A DNA stretch of 64,000 nt from Lepidodermella squamata (Eukaryota; Animalia; Gastrotricha): assembly GCA_047495785.1 (NCBI GenBank), contig JBLDXI010000043.1:248001-312000 (forward strand), in the 5' to 3' direction. Positions 24,836-37,905 of the stretch are shown in pieces (the stretch's first letter is position 1; every line of letters starts with the position of its first letter). Under the pieces are notes generated by a model. It did no database searches. It was not told the DNA's origin and saw nothing but the letters and a program-made list of their open reading frames with translations. Both the position numbers and the translations under genes were made by a program.

Positions 24836-26153
24836 ATAAGTGGACCAAGAGTTGTTCTGGTCAGTCGATTGTGTCTTGTTGCCCGTCTATTTCACCTATT
24901 TCACGTACAATCCGCCGGATCTCCCAGGGTAAAAAAAAAAAAAACACCCACTGAACAAAGGACCCACACAACTGTTCTCCTAAGCGCCTCCGAACTGAAG
25001 AAACGAAGTATGTGAAACGCGCCCAGTAAAATCCTCCTTTTCACAAAAAATCCAATAAAGAAATTATATGGCGTGATTAAAAATAAATAGCTGTCAGCTG
25101 TCAGTGCGAGTTGAAAAATTCTAATTATTAATTGAATTATTCTCCGCCAAAAATTGTGAATTTCGCGACGAAACTTAGCTTTTTGTTATCGTCGGCGCGT
25201 TTCGCATCTTATTGTTTTGGAATTTTGAGAATTCAAGTGATAGGAAATAGAGTTGTCTTGAAAAAAATAGGTCGAGTAGCTTGGCCAATTCGATATTTTG
25301 CGGTATAACATTCGTAAATCGTTTATATCTGAACTCGCCGCACTCAATTTACTCATCTCCAGCTCTCTTCGATTCGTAAATCTCGGCTGGCTACGTTCAG
25401 ATATGAACTCTTTTTTTCTCCGCACTCGATTTGGTCATGCCGACCAGTGTGCGACTTTCAAGAGGGATGGGGGGATCATCCTGATGCCGACTAGGTTCCG
25501 CCTCGACTTATGTCGCGCGGAAATTACCACTGATAAAGTCACCAAAGTTTCGCTTAAGTCTTAAGTGTTCCGAACAGGGCCGTTTTAGCGCATAGGTACA
25601 CGGGCCACGTGCCCAGGGGCCCTTGCCTGAAAGGAGCCCCTAAGTTTGCCGTAACCGACTTTTTAGAGGGTATAAGGCTCACAGAAATGGTAGGTGCACC
25701 ATGCACTGATGAGAATGTAAAGGTCACCAATTCTCTCAATTTCACCATTGGAAATCACCAAAATACAATTCGAAATTCGAAAATTTTCATTCTAAAATCA
25801 TTCTAAAAATCGTAAAACTTCATTTGATTTGAATCGATTTTCGGAGATTGGCTATTTTCAACCGTCCAGTTTGAAGCCCATTTTCTCAGCGACCATGGCC
25901 GTCGACCTGCTTTTGATATCGTTCGATGATTCATTCGTTGATCTTGAACGCAGCATCAAAATGTCGTGAAACCCCACTGCTCACCTGTTAACGGTCATGC
26001 GGCGCTGTTTACCACAAATGTAGAAGCAAAAAAAAAAACTTGTTACTTGTCACTCTTCAACTTCAAACAGCAGACAGATGTAAAACGTAAACAAATCGAG
26101 TTTTTTAACGACGCTAACGAAATGATTCCAATTTGAGATACAATTTTTGCAAG

Positions 26154-29136
26154 ATTTCACAACATCTGAGATTCGACCGCGACATCTACCTTGCCATGCC
26201 AAATAAAACGTGAGCAATGACTAAATTTCCGACAATTCGCACCTATTACCGCGATGTTTAGGGATGATTTATTTTCTGCTGATGAAAGTGCCGACGTGCC
26301 GTTCGACTACGGCTCAGCGACTATGGTGCACCCACTCGAGAAGGGCGGTCCTTATCCGCCGAAAGATTGGCGCAATGTTGGCGCAATGAATTCGCCGTTC
26401 ACCTCGTTCAATGATTTCGCGACGCTCAATCGCAGAAAGGCCTGCGCAGGTTTGGTTCACTTTACTTTACTTCTGAGACTGCCTACTCACGAGAAAAGAG
26501 CGGAACACCATCGGTCGCAGATGTTCACCTTGAATCAACAAAAAACGCACACAATTTCGGGGGGGGGGGGGGGGGGGAGTAAACAAAGAAGTTGATTTTT
26601 CTTCGATCGATTTTTCTGTTGGATATCTTGCGACGCAATTTCGGCGTCACTATGCATATCTTTCCAGCTACTAAGAGCACAGTAAAAAAAAAACTCGGTG
26701 TTTACCGTGCCAAATAAGCTACCCAGTAATAACCAGTTTACATGTTAATCGAAAAGGGAAAAAACCTTGTGCACATACAGTCATTACCGGGTTCCATAGA
26801 ACACGATTACAACCGGGTTGGAACTAACCGAGCTTCGAAAAACACGGTAATAACCCATTCAGCTTTCGGATAGGTATTTACCGATATAGCTGTGAGCTCG
26901 GTATTTACCGAGTATCGACACCTCGATTTTAAAAATCATCGATAATAAATGAAAAATCGATTTTTCTAATCGATATTGGCATCTGTAACCCAGATTACGC
27001 CTAATATCGATTAGAAACAATATTTGAAAGAATATTAAACAAATTAAATGATAAGTTAAGATTGCGAAGAAGCTATTAATATGGATAGCTGAATGGCTAA
27101 CGCAACTAAAGAAGATTACATAAATGGGATTATTACCAGGAGCAATTTAAAGAAATCGAGGTGAAAAATTTATTTTCTTCCTAGCGCATGGGTGTTCCAG
27201 TGAGGCAAACTGCAAATTTGGCGGATATCAAAATTCAAGGAACTGCGATGAATGCAAATGTCCGCCTGGCTTTGGAGGCCCAACCTGCGAACAGCAGCCG
27301 CCCTTTGGCAATGAGACATGCGGCGGGGTCATAACTTTACCTGACTGTACTTCAATCGAAATAACTTCACCCAATTACCCGAATCCTTATGTCGCATACA
27401 GCAGTTGCACGTGGTGGGTGATTAGCTCTCAGGTAATTTTATCATATGAAGTCAGCTTCCGTCATAATTTCAACTCTAGCCTGGTACTGTGTTTGGCTTT
27501 GACGGACGACCGGATTTGACCCAAGGGACAGGTGAGCCCTTGATATTAGCGTTTCATCTTTTCAATCTCTCGGAACATTTTTTCAGTTCGGAGTGGTTCC
27601 GGTGCTCGGAGCGAATCGTGTTTCGACTACGTCGAATTTCGAGATCCAGTGGATGGAACCCTGCCCTACTTCCGCTACTGCTCTTACGGCGCAACTGCTG
27701 GAAAGGTCTACGAGAGCTCTACTAATATTTCAATCGTTTACTTCAAATCGAACTCACCGACCCCCGGCAAAGGGTTCCGTTTGATTGCTCGATCAAGTTG
27801 CCCCAGTGACAACAAAGCCGAGCTGAGGCTGACTCCAAGTGGTTACGACTATGAAGGCTCTGTTTCTAAGACCCAATCAGGGGCCACCTGCCAGCCGTGG
27901 CCTAAGCTCGACTTGATTCAAGACTACCTCGAGATGCTTAAGTTCCCGAGAGGCCTCAACGCCAATCACAGTAACTACTGCCGCAACCCTGAATCGCGAC
28001 CGACCGGGCCTTACTGCTATATCGATGCGGCTCGGACGAAGACTGAAACGTGTGACATAACTATCACCCCTTTGACACCACCTTCGCGTAAGTGGATGAT
28101 CTTCTACTTAACCATTTTGCAAGCTATAATTTTCGCATGAAAACAACGGAATTAAAGTCAATTATTTTCATCTTTACATTTACTAAGCCTAACTCCAAAT
28201 AGACGTAGACGGCTCTGTGCTAATGATATATATAGCACGCCATTAGGCTACCTAGGTTTCGTCTAAATCAGCAGGTATTTTCGGGTTTGAGAAAAAACTC
28301 TTAATTAATGACAGTTTTAGGTTCGTTGGCAAAAGCTATAATTTGACGGTGAAGTCTGCAAGATTGATAATAGGAAACATCCACCCTTTCGTTCTGAAGT
28401 GCGGCAGTTTTTTGGTAATAATTACTTCCTAACCATACTGACCACTTAGGGCTAATCGAAATTAGCCATTAATCGAGCTAGTGCTATCGAGCTAAGCATA
28501 TCGAGACTAAGATGACCCACGCATTTAATGAATTTCTTTCAAAATTAAAAAAAGTGACAATTTTTATCTTGATTACAAGGTCAACCATTGTTCAAGCTTA
28601 TATCACTCAGGTGCCTAACATTTACTTTGTACTTATTGAATGATTCTGTTAAGTTTGAGTCACGTTGTTGCCGCGTTTGACGTAACTTATTAGCTGAGTA
28701 AAACAAAACGAAAGGCTGGCTCAGTAGAGTACTGTTTACTACTCTTTTTCAGCCCCTGCTGAGAGCGTCATCTTCCGCTGTGCGTCAAAATCGACCGGTC
28801 AATTCACAGGATGCCAACGAACCTGCTCGGCCAACGATAGGACACTGCTAAGTATTTTCCCTATCACGAAGAACAATTGTTTCATTGGGGTGAGTGCTGG
28901 GAAGCAAATGACTGTTCTAAACATATAATTTTCCTAGAATGCTCGACTGTGTCGCTCTGCGGCGACGGGTTACAGATGCGACGGCAACTGCGCTAATGGC
29001 GAGACGCTGGTAAGCAGGCATACCACATAACAAAGCCCAACATCCATATTGATTCTGGTTTTTATAGGTAAAAGTTTTCAACGCGTTCAAATACTTCGAC
29101 AGGAACATGAAAAGCTGCCTCGCTCAGAAAATTTGA
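26154..29136 (+). CDS. Astacin-like (degenerate) - EGF - CUB - kringle - Cys-rich tail protein; 5' end unresolved (exons ~26154-26210, 26262-26449, 27185-27432, 27480-27531, 27587-28087, 28753-28889, 28938-29009, 29068-29136)
   Basis: RFDRDIY and PFDYGS...SFNDFATLN (astacin C-half); CKFGGYQNSRNCDECKCPPGFGGPTCE (EGF-like); CGG..ITSPNYP..CTW and CFDYVEFRD (CUB); YEGSVSKTQSGATCQPW..NYCRNP..GPYCY (kringle). All junctions are GT-AG and phase-compatible. Confidence 0.78.
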
Positions 29137-29791
29137 TTAAGTGTGTCCTCGAGAGCTTAAACGTTATCGTTCGCCGCTTATGACGAGTCGAGTTTATGTG
29201 TTGTGTGCAGGGCTTAGAAATAAATAAAACACGATTTACCGGTCGCTTTTTGCACAGTCGACTTTTTGCACAGCCTTAACGGTGATCAAGCGGGTTTCTA
29301 AATCGTGATCAGGGACCCATAAAACCCCTAGAAATGTTGTAAAATAGTTTTTCTACCGGAGATAAATAATTCGGCCATTAAAGCCGTTCTGCCTCATGCC
29401 TTTTTGGCCAAGGGTGATAGTTTCCTATTCGTGATTCGTTTTAATTGTCCGTAACATGAATGGTTTACGGTAAGAAATCGCAGGGAAAATTCCTTGTAAA
29501 GCGGCGGTCCCAAACTTTGTTGTCCTCCAGAGCCGCCGTCGTACAGACTACAGACACATTTATCATAGTACACGAGATTCCGGTATGACTCGGTTTGAGG
29601 AACGCTGATTTTGAACGATCCTATTACTATCAAATATTATCAAATTGTTAGGGTTTCAATTTCAAGGCGCATACACTAACATCCGTTTTTCCGGCTTTTA
29701 CTCGCATCCTGCTTGAAAAACTAGACAAACACTTCGTCTTTCGATTTCAGGTAAAAACTTATCAGAATCATCAACATTTAACGTCAGTATA

Positions 29792-32700
29792 ATGCACGTC
29801 TTTCCTAAATTCATTTTACTTATCGGGCATGCTGCATCAATATTGGCATTGAAAACATACAACTTATCACTTTTGGCACCGATATCATTCACGGGAAATC
29901 CACCTGCAACAGGCGTGGCCTGTAAAATCGCCTCCGACATCGCTATCAACGCGGTTAACAATCAATCGGAGATTCTGCCCGATTATCACATCTTAGTACA
30001 ATACGAGGATGAAAATGGTGGGAATCTTGCAGCTAGGGCGGGAGTAGGCTACAGTCGAAGCTTCGAAAACCAGCAAAGGCCTAACGCATATCAATCACCT
30101 GTCGTTGCTGGCCCGAACTTTTCGAACGGATGCAAGGCGCTTGGTCCCATTTTGCATGAGCTCAACTTCGTGGGTCTAACAAGCCGGTGTACGGGTGCTT
30201 TTTTAACCGATCGAAATATCTATAAGAATTTGTATCTGATGCGAACCATAGGCAGCATAAGCACTCTCGCTCAAATGAGGTTCGTTAAAGACGTTGGCAA
30301 ATGGCAACAAATTGGGATTATCACAAATGTAGGAAGTGTTGCTGACTATACAACAGCTGCCGGCCTGCAACGCCTCGCTGTTGAACAAGGCAACGTCTCT
30401 GTTCCGTATTTCGATATTGTCGCGGAAATGGACGATGAATACTTTGTAGCAATGAAGAAGAGTGACGTGCGCGTTTTCCTGGTGGCTACGGGGCTCGGCA
30501 TGCTGGTGTGGAGATTTTTCTGTCAAGCTTACAAATTCGGCATGACAGGGCCGAGATACGTCTTCATTCTACTTGCAATAGCATTCAGTGATCCGACAAC
30601 GTTGCCAGACCCTGTCGTGCCGCAATGCAGTCGAGCTGTTGTAGCTGAGCAAATGAAGGTAAATTGACCGGTATTGGGATAAAACCAAAATTTAAAATGA
30701 ACTGATAAGGAACAGTGTCGAAGATGGCGGGGGACAGGAGGGGGCCCTTATGTTTTCTTCGAGCGATGTAATAAAGGGGGGGACCTTACCTATATCCTCC
30801 TTTTGGTAAAATTCCCATCTTCCACACTGATAAGGAAGGGAAACTTCTGGAATTATTCTATAATCTAACATCTCAAGATTAGTGTGATACCGGACCTTTG
30901 ACCTTCCTTTCCATGTTCTTTGATGCACAATTGTTATTTCCTTGTCTGATGATCTCTCTACACTTCAAAATGAATCAAATAAGTCTGAGCCCAATCCTCC
31001 TATCATTTCCTTTTTGTAATTGCTTTCTACATACGTGCGCCGTCGTTCACAAATAATTTTCACAAAATTTTTGTCATTTGAGACAATGGTCACCATCCTT
31101 AAAAATCATTCTAGAACGCTGAAAACAGGTCTACAGAGTAACTTTTTGAGCCGCACATGTCTAACTCGTCGAAAATTGGGCCTAAATGACATGAAAAAAA
31201 TTAAATTGCCGAATTTTTAGTTGAAAATATGATTTTCGGAATCAGCGATTTTTTTAACCCAAGAAATGAGTTGATAAACACTTCGATTCAAATATTTTCA
31301 TTTTTCGCTAATTGCCGGTTACGGTTAGCTAATTGAGAGAAAAATCGGTAACCAGTGTGCAGAGCGTCATCGATTACCTACTGGGTTGTGTTTTTTATTG
31401 CGAAATCGTAATTTTTAAGGGGGCAACCATTGTGTTGAAAATTTCTCAGTTTTTCGAATTTGTGAACGACGGCGCCCGTATGCTACTTTTTTGCAGCATG
31501 CTTTTTGGACAGCGCCGATACAAGCTACAGTCGAGCCCACGAAAAAAATCGCATTAGGATACAATCTTCTAGAATTCGACGCCATGTTCGATCGATACAC
31601 GAATAACACGAGACCTGTTGACTATGAAAATCGTGTTTCCTGTCACGACAACATACTTCAGGCTGTGATGACACTTCACGAGTCTGAGAAAGTTCTGAAA
31701 TCGCAAAACCTATCGCTGCGTAACATGCGAGACCAGCCTGAACGCGTAATGAGAATCGTTAACAAAACAGCACTTTCCATCGATTATTTAGGACTGAGAA
31801 TAGGTAGATTGAGGTACAATGACAGGGGAGAGGTCGATGGGGACGTATTGATGGTCAGCCAGTGGACACCAACCTCGGGTTATCAGATCTTGTATACAGT
31901 CCACCAATATCCCAACACCTCAGCATACTCTCTTTCAAGCTATTGGATGAAGAAATATCGTGATCCATCTTGGCAAACTCAGAACAGTCAACCACCCAAA
32001 GACAGGGCTAATTTGAAACTGGAAGTGGACGAGATACCAAGAGAGATCATATACATAACTGGAACTATAACTTCTGTTGTAAGCCTCGTTCAGATTGGAG
32101 GAATCTTCAAGCTTGTCCGCTCGGCGAGGTTAACTAAAGATCTTCACATATGGAAATTGATTGGAATGTTAGGAGCTCTTGTCATGAATGCTGCTGCGAT
32201 CGTGTTCTCGCTGCAAACATCAATATCACCCCTGCTTCTTTGGAAGCTTAGACTAGTCTTAATAGTCGTTAGTTTTGGTCTCGTGAATGGAACTCTGAGT
32301 TTACGACCGGCATTCTTACTGCTGAAATCTGGAAAGAGTAGAAATCCATCGTCAAATTCAAATACAGAGGTACAGGCAAGTCAAAGTTCGGCTGGCAGTA
32401 TCGTGTCTCGTAAGCCCACGTCAATGCGAAGGATGAATTTCAGGACCAAATTTGACGAAAATGGCGGATCTCGCCCAGCGTCCATGGTGACACTTCCAAA
32501 TGTGAAGCAACTAGATTTGAGAGGAACTGATCCGTTGAGTTTCAAATGGGTTTTAGCTTTCGCTCTATTTACCTCAACTTTGGTTGGATTCTGGTTAATC
32601 GGCGATCCTCTGCGCTGTGTTGTCATTAACGAAGTTCCAGAATACATTGAAGAGAATGATCTGGTAATTGAAAGATCCTTCTGGGTTTGCAATTCTGAGG

Positions 32701-32990
32701 ATAGCCACATGAACTGGCTTGCATCGCTTCTGGCTCTCAACGCTGGCATGCTGCTGATTTGGTGCATTTCGACTTTGAAGTTGAAATTCAATAGAAGAGT
32801 AGCCGTACCAGAGATGAAGCTAATGTCTCTTGGTTTGGCAAATTTTGCGTTGATTTTCGTCGGTTGCATTCTCATCGTTGCAGCAGTTGATGAGATCGTT
32901 GCGCAGGAGATCACCATAGCTTTTGCCCTCATGTTCATTTCGGCAACAACTTCAGCAACTTGGATTCAACCGTTGCTATCGCATTCTTGA
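29792..32990 (+). CDS. Class C GPCR, GABA-B-like, copy 6 (exons 29792-30658, 31497-32990; ~786 aa)
   Basis: Donor AAG|GTAAAT, acceptor TTGCAG|CAT. VFT plus 7TM. Confidence 0.92.
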
Positions 32991-33173
32991 AGCTCACAGT
33001 AGCCAATGTTTCAGTCGTGCTCTTGACGAGATGTGCCCATCATGCCCATCACAATTTTTCAATCATGGATGTTATATCAAACAATCAAATACAGTGAATA
33101 AAGTGACAATTTAAATAAATTATGGAACGATCAAGTTGATGAGCGTGACAGCGAAAAGAAGAGCATAAAACGA

Positions 33174-33400
33174 TGTGAGGAAGTGGATCAGTTCGTTTAT
33201 TTAGGAAGTATTATAAGTACGTCTGACAAGGACTCTGGTACAAGGACTCGTTAGAAAAGGGCAATAAAGCCTAAAGGTGCTATGCGTAAGTATATTTTTG
33301 GCAATCGATCTGTCTCAATCAAGGAAAAAAGGAAATGCTTAAAGGGCGTTGTGGATGCGGCTATATTATGCATGACAGCGAAATTTGGACTGCAACTTCT
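33174..33400 (+). mobile_element. Decayed RTE-like LINE reverse-transcriptase fragment
   Basis: EEVDQFVYLGSII...R*KRA...IFGNRSVSIKEK...(frameshift)...DSEIWT matches the F-x-YLG / LS..TK / YG.E.WT region. It contains a stop and a frameshift. Confidence 0.7.
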
Positions 33401-33727
33401 GAGGAGGCGATGTTGGCTATATGCAGTATTTGCGGAAAATCTGCGGCGAAACGCTTAGGGACAGGATTCTCAATGAGTGTAGAATTTAGCTTTTACTGGG
33501 CATCCTTCAGGTCTTTGGTTCAACTCAGCAGGCTCAAAGCACGCGCATTTTCTATTATTTATGCTTTAAAATGTTTGAACCTAGGCGAGAAAATGTCTCT
33601 GCCTTTCAATCAGCTTTCACGCTAATTACTGCATTCATTCGCCCACATTCGCTCGCACTATACGGTATACGAAGTAATTTAAAAAACGGTGTTTAACATC
33701 TATTAGTGTGGACAACATTTTCAAGGG

Positions 33728-36700
33728 ATGGGCGAGGAAATAGTTTCTTTGCTTGTTTCGTTATACTTGTTGAGCTATGCTGAAGCCCAGGGCATACAGC
33801 GATGTGGAACGTCAGTTCCGCAGTTCTCGCTGCTTAACCACATCACAGATCGCGCCGCCAACTGGGATTTGTACCAAATGCCGGGTCTAAATGCAAGCAA
33901 TTCGCCTGTGAACGCAACTCGCCTCTCCCTAAACACGTTGTTCTATACCAATTCTGGGATGTGGTCAAAAGCTGTAAGTGTTTTCAGAAATTAGGATATC
34001 AATCAGGAAATCGTGATCTCATATGAACAGCCATTCACCCTTACAAACTTCTACATTGAGATTTGGGCGTATCTGTACTCAACCGTGGCCCCCGGGGCGC
34101 ACGGAATCATGGTGATGATCGGCAATAATGCCTCAGTGTCGCGATTCGATCCAAGTAAGTAAAAGCAATTGTCTGAACCGCATGGCGATCTATTACTGTT
34201 AATCATAACTCAATTTACAGACAATTGGTATGGCGCAAACTGGTCCTCGTTCGTCGGACTTGGCGTCAACTTTTTCCCCTATTTCACGACCTATCTTTCT
34301 TGGCTAAGCACTGTTCCCTACGGTGCTAACAACGCACCTTACAATTGCTCGGTAAGCGACGTAATCGCGTGCAACTCGAGCGTATCGTCAGCGACGTGGA
34401 TGCTCAACCAACCTGTCAAATTCCAGGTTAGAGTTGAGGGCGGTTACAAAGTGTCGATAGCCTCTTGCCGGGCGAATGGCGCCTGTGTCGGACCTTTCAC
34501 CGGCTCGTCAAATCTCTACTCGTTGTTGAGCTCATTCTCCGGCCAGCAAATGATGCTCGGCATCGGCACACGGGCTGGCGGTGCGGCGGATACTGTAGAC
34601 CTTCTGAGCGTAGGCGTTTACGACTGCTCCAGCGATCCATCGCCGAACAAGTAAGTTGCTAAACTATTTAGATTTTTTTAATGCAACAAGAGCCTCGAAC
34701 TTATTTTCCGGCCAAAAGTTTATGACCAAATGGTCTCCCCTGTAGTTTTTTTTGTAATTTTCAACTTTGACCTTGCGAAGGGGGGGTGGAGGGTACGATT
34801 CTAAGGTACTGAGGGGAATGATTCGTGGAATCGATAAGATTACAGTTTCCCGTTTTTTTCGCTATGTATGTAAGATTCCCCGTTTTGAATATTGAATCAT
34901 GAAAGCTTGTTATTTCCAGGGTTCAGTCAAGCGGAACTCTGCAGCCGACATTGTCTCTTATCAACCACGCCCAAGATTTAGCAAGCAACTGGGACTACTA
35001 CCCGCACAGTGGTATGACATCGGTTGGGCAAGCGGCAAACACGACTCGTCTGCTGTCAGAGGGCTTCAGCAATGTCGAGACGGGCTTGTGGAGTAAAATT
35101 GTGAGCTTTTTTCAAATGTCATTGATATGTGGTATCTATTCATGTTTTGTTCACAACAGCCATTCAACATCTGCAACTTTTACATCGAGATGTCGGTTCG
35201 TGTATCGGATCTGGACAATTCGCAGTCTGAAGGATTCGCCCTCATCCTAGCGAACAACGCATCCATTGGTCGTCCATCAACTCAGCGTAGGCTTATTTTC
35301 AAATGTTCAAATTATTGTCATCGCATTAATAATTTATCTTGCTGCATAACTGTTGCTAAACAAGTGATTCTGTTGCTTACAGAGAATGGCTTTGGTTTAG
35401 ATTCGAGCAAATTCATTGGCTTTGCAGTAGCAGTTAATGGTTTATCGATGACTCTGAGCTCAAGCGTCACGACTAGTCCTCGCGGCGGCACTCTGTTTCC
35501 TTGGAGTTGCAATGATACAGCCACTACGATCTGCCTGCCTCTGAATTTCTTAACAGCCCGAAACAGTCTGGTCACGTATCAAATTCGGCTGGAAAACGGC
35601 GAATCGATTTCGGTAAGAACATGCGCCCACCGCATAACATGGTAATACATTTCTTCGAATAGATTTCGGCATGCCTGGGCGATGGAACATGCTTCGGACC
35701 GACCTCAGGAAAATTGCCGGCTTCTCTAACCAGCTTGATGGCTAATCAAACAATGATGTTGGGAATAGGGGCCCGAAATGGCTTAACGTCCGACACTGTT
35801 GATTTGTTCAGCCTGGCTGTGTATGAATGCCTACCAGCCACAACAGCAGCCGCATCCGCTACGACCACAACAGCAGCGGCATCCACTACAACCACAACAG
35901 CAGCCGTTCCCACTACAACAAAAGCAGCAGCCGCATCCACTACAACCAAAACGACAGCCGCCTCCACTACGACTACAACAACAGCCGCACCCACTACGCC
36001 CTCAACAACAGTCGCGGCCACTACAACCACAACCAGCTCCAGAGTATTACCGTTTGATTTTTCAAACAGCGAATTCCCCATCCCAGGGCTAGAGAGAGGC
36101 AGTCACATGCCAACGATTGAAATAGAGGATTTGCTGACATGTAAAACCATCGCCGCAGACTTGCGTTCGCCTGATCCGAATACCAAAATCTACGCTACGC
36201 TAACAGTTGAGAGACTAGCATTCGTTGATCAAAATGAGCAGCTAGTTTCACTGCGGGGTGTTCTGCTCCTCCAGTGGATGGTCAGCTCATGCGAGGCCAA
36301 TAAAACAGCCCCAGGAGCTGATGACAAAGAGCGATTGGTTTCGACGCGCAGAACCGACATATGGCGACCGTCGATGGTTTTCGCTAACAAAACGCCTGAT
36401 TTCGACCTTGCGAACCCGGCCTGTGGTGAATCTATGGACATTGCCTACTACCCAACTACACCAAACCGAACTCTGTTTTTTCACTGGAACCGGGTTGGAA
36501 TTTTCCCGGCGAGTTGCAAAATTGACTTGTCCAAGTTTCCATTTGACACGCAAACGTGCGAGATCGCGATGCTGATGTTCGAATCTGCCTATTTCATTGG
36601 AATCGGCGGCATGAGTGTCGTTCCCAGGGGAGACCTAACTTACGGCGTCTGGGCTTTCGATTCGCTGAAGGTGATGAAGGGGAATGTCACTAGTCCTATT

Positions 36701-37171
36701 AGACCTTCTGATCAGGTTTCATATGCCACGGTTAAATTTATATTTAAGCGCAGCCCTGGCTACTACATCGTGAATATGGTAGTCCCCTGTTACGTTCTGA
36801 TAGTTCTTGCTTTTGCTACTTTCTTCATGGACCCAGGCGTTCCCGATCGGCCTGCAATTTCCTGTACAATCATGCTGTCACTTATTGTTGCTCAGTCAGA
36901 TGTACTCTCGAGCGTGCCTGCGACAAATCAGGAGATTCTGTACGCCAATTACATCCTCGGTCTCACTGGAACCATCGCTTGCATCGCCTTCTATCAGATC
37001 GTAATGTCTCGCCTAGTGTCAAAGAACGAAGCTAAATTTGAGACGCCCGTCAACCTAGCCGGCAGATTTTCATCAACATTCGTCAATCTCCTCGACGCCC
37101 TTGCCGGTATGGCGGCATTCGAAAGCGTTCTTGCTATCAACCTCTACTTTGTGAGGTCAATTGTACTGTGA
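33728..37171 (+). CDS. Fusion protein: signal peptide - 2x L-type-lectin-like domain - Thr/Ala mucin stalk - Cys-loop ion channel (exons 33728-33973, 34031-34154, 34221-34650, 34920-35100, 35160-35286, 35383-35612, 35663-37171; 948 aa)
   Basis: Six phase-compatible GT-AG introns. The duplicated domain has GxWSK.PF..NFYIE, GAHG/SEG, FVGLGV/FIGFAV and MMLGIG...G..DTVDL.S..VY. The last exon reads without interruption from lectin 2 through the stalk into CKIDLSKFPFDTQTC and four TM helices. Confidence 0.85.
35833..36036 (+). repeat. Coding low-complexity repeat (AAASTTTTT-type units), mucin-like stalk
   Basis: Imperfect repeats of GCAGCCGCATCCACTACAACC-like units, in frame. Confidence 0.85.
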
Positions 37172-37905
37172 CTCTCGAAACTATCGATGCAATGTTCTCG
37201 ATAACCCATTAGCCCAATATCAACATACCCTCCCTTTGTTGCAGGTTGTTTATCGATCTCACAGAAGGCCTTTTGTTTTTTCATTTTAGCTCTTGCCCAT
37301 TGTTTCAATCTCTCCAACTGTCCTCTTGATAATCATATTGTCCTCAGCAGTGAATGGAGCAGGGAGCAATGTCCAAATCACATTAGGACTGTGAATTGCT
37401 CCGGCTGTTAATCGACCCTAGTCAATTTTCTGTTGGTTGACCGAGAAATAAAATGTTCTGTTATGCTGTCTGGGTGAAATGCGGTAGTATTTGGTCGATT
37501 GACCGAGCATTCGAAAATAATAATTTTCGCAGAAGTACTATAAAGACTTGACAGAGAATTTTATTTCTTGACTGAATAATTAAGAAATTCACTCGAAAAG
37601 AAGCGGATTTTGCGATTGAAATGTCTACCGGGGGGGCGGAAGTCACTGCTGAATGCTTTTATTTCCAGCCCACTCGCATTTTTGATCGCCTTAACAACTG
37701 ACGAAATTTATTCACTGTCAAGAAGCATAGCTGTTTAAGTGAGGAAGTGAACGAGTTTTCGTAATGGAAGGTCCTGTTTCAAATTTGAAGATCATCTGAC
37801 ATCAGGTTTAGATGACTGCACACTTTGACGCTTTTCCGGCTTTCAACTAAATTTCACGCCAGGTGGCAAATGAAAGCCATTTCAGCATTACTTAACTGCG
37901 AAGCA

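Noticed and set aside
26559-26577. G19 run as a regulatory G-quadruplex
   Set aside because: It is an intronic homopolymer with no other support, and its length is error-prone.
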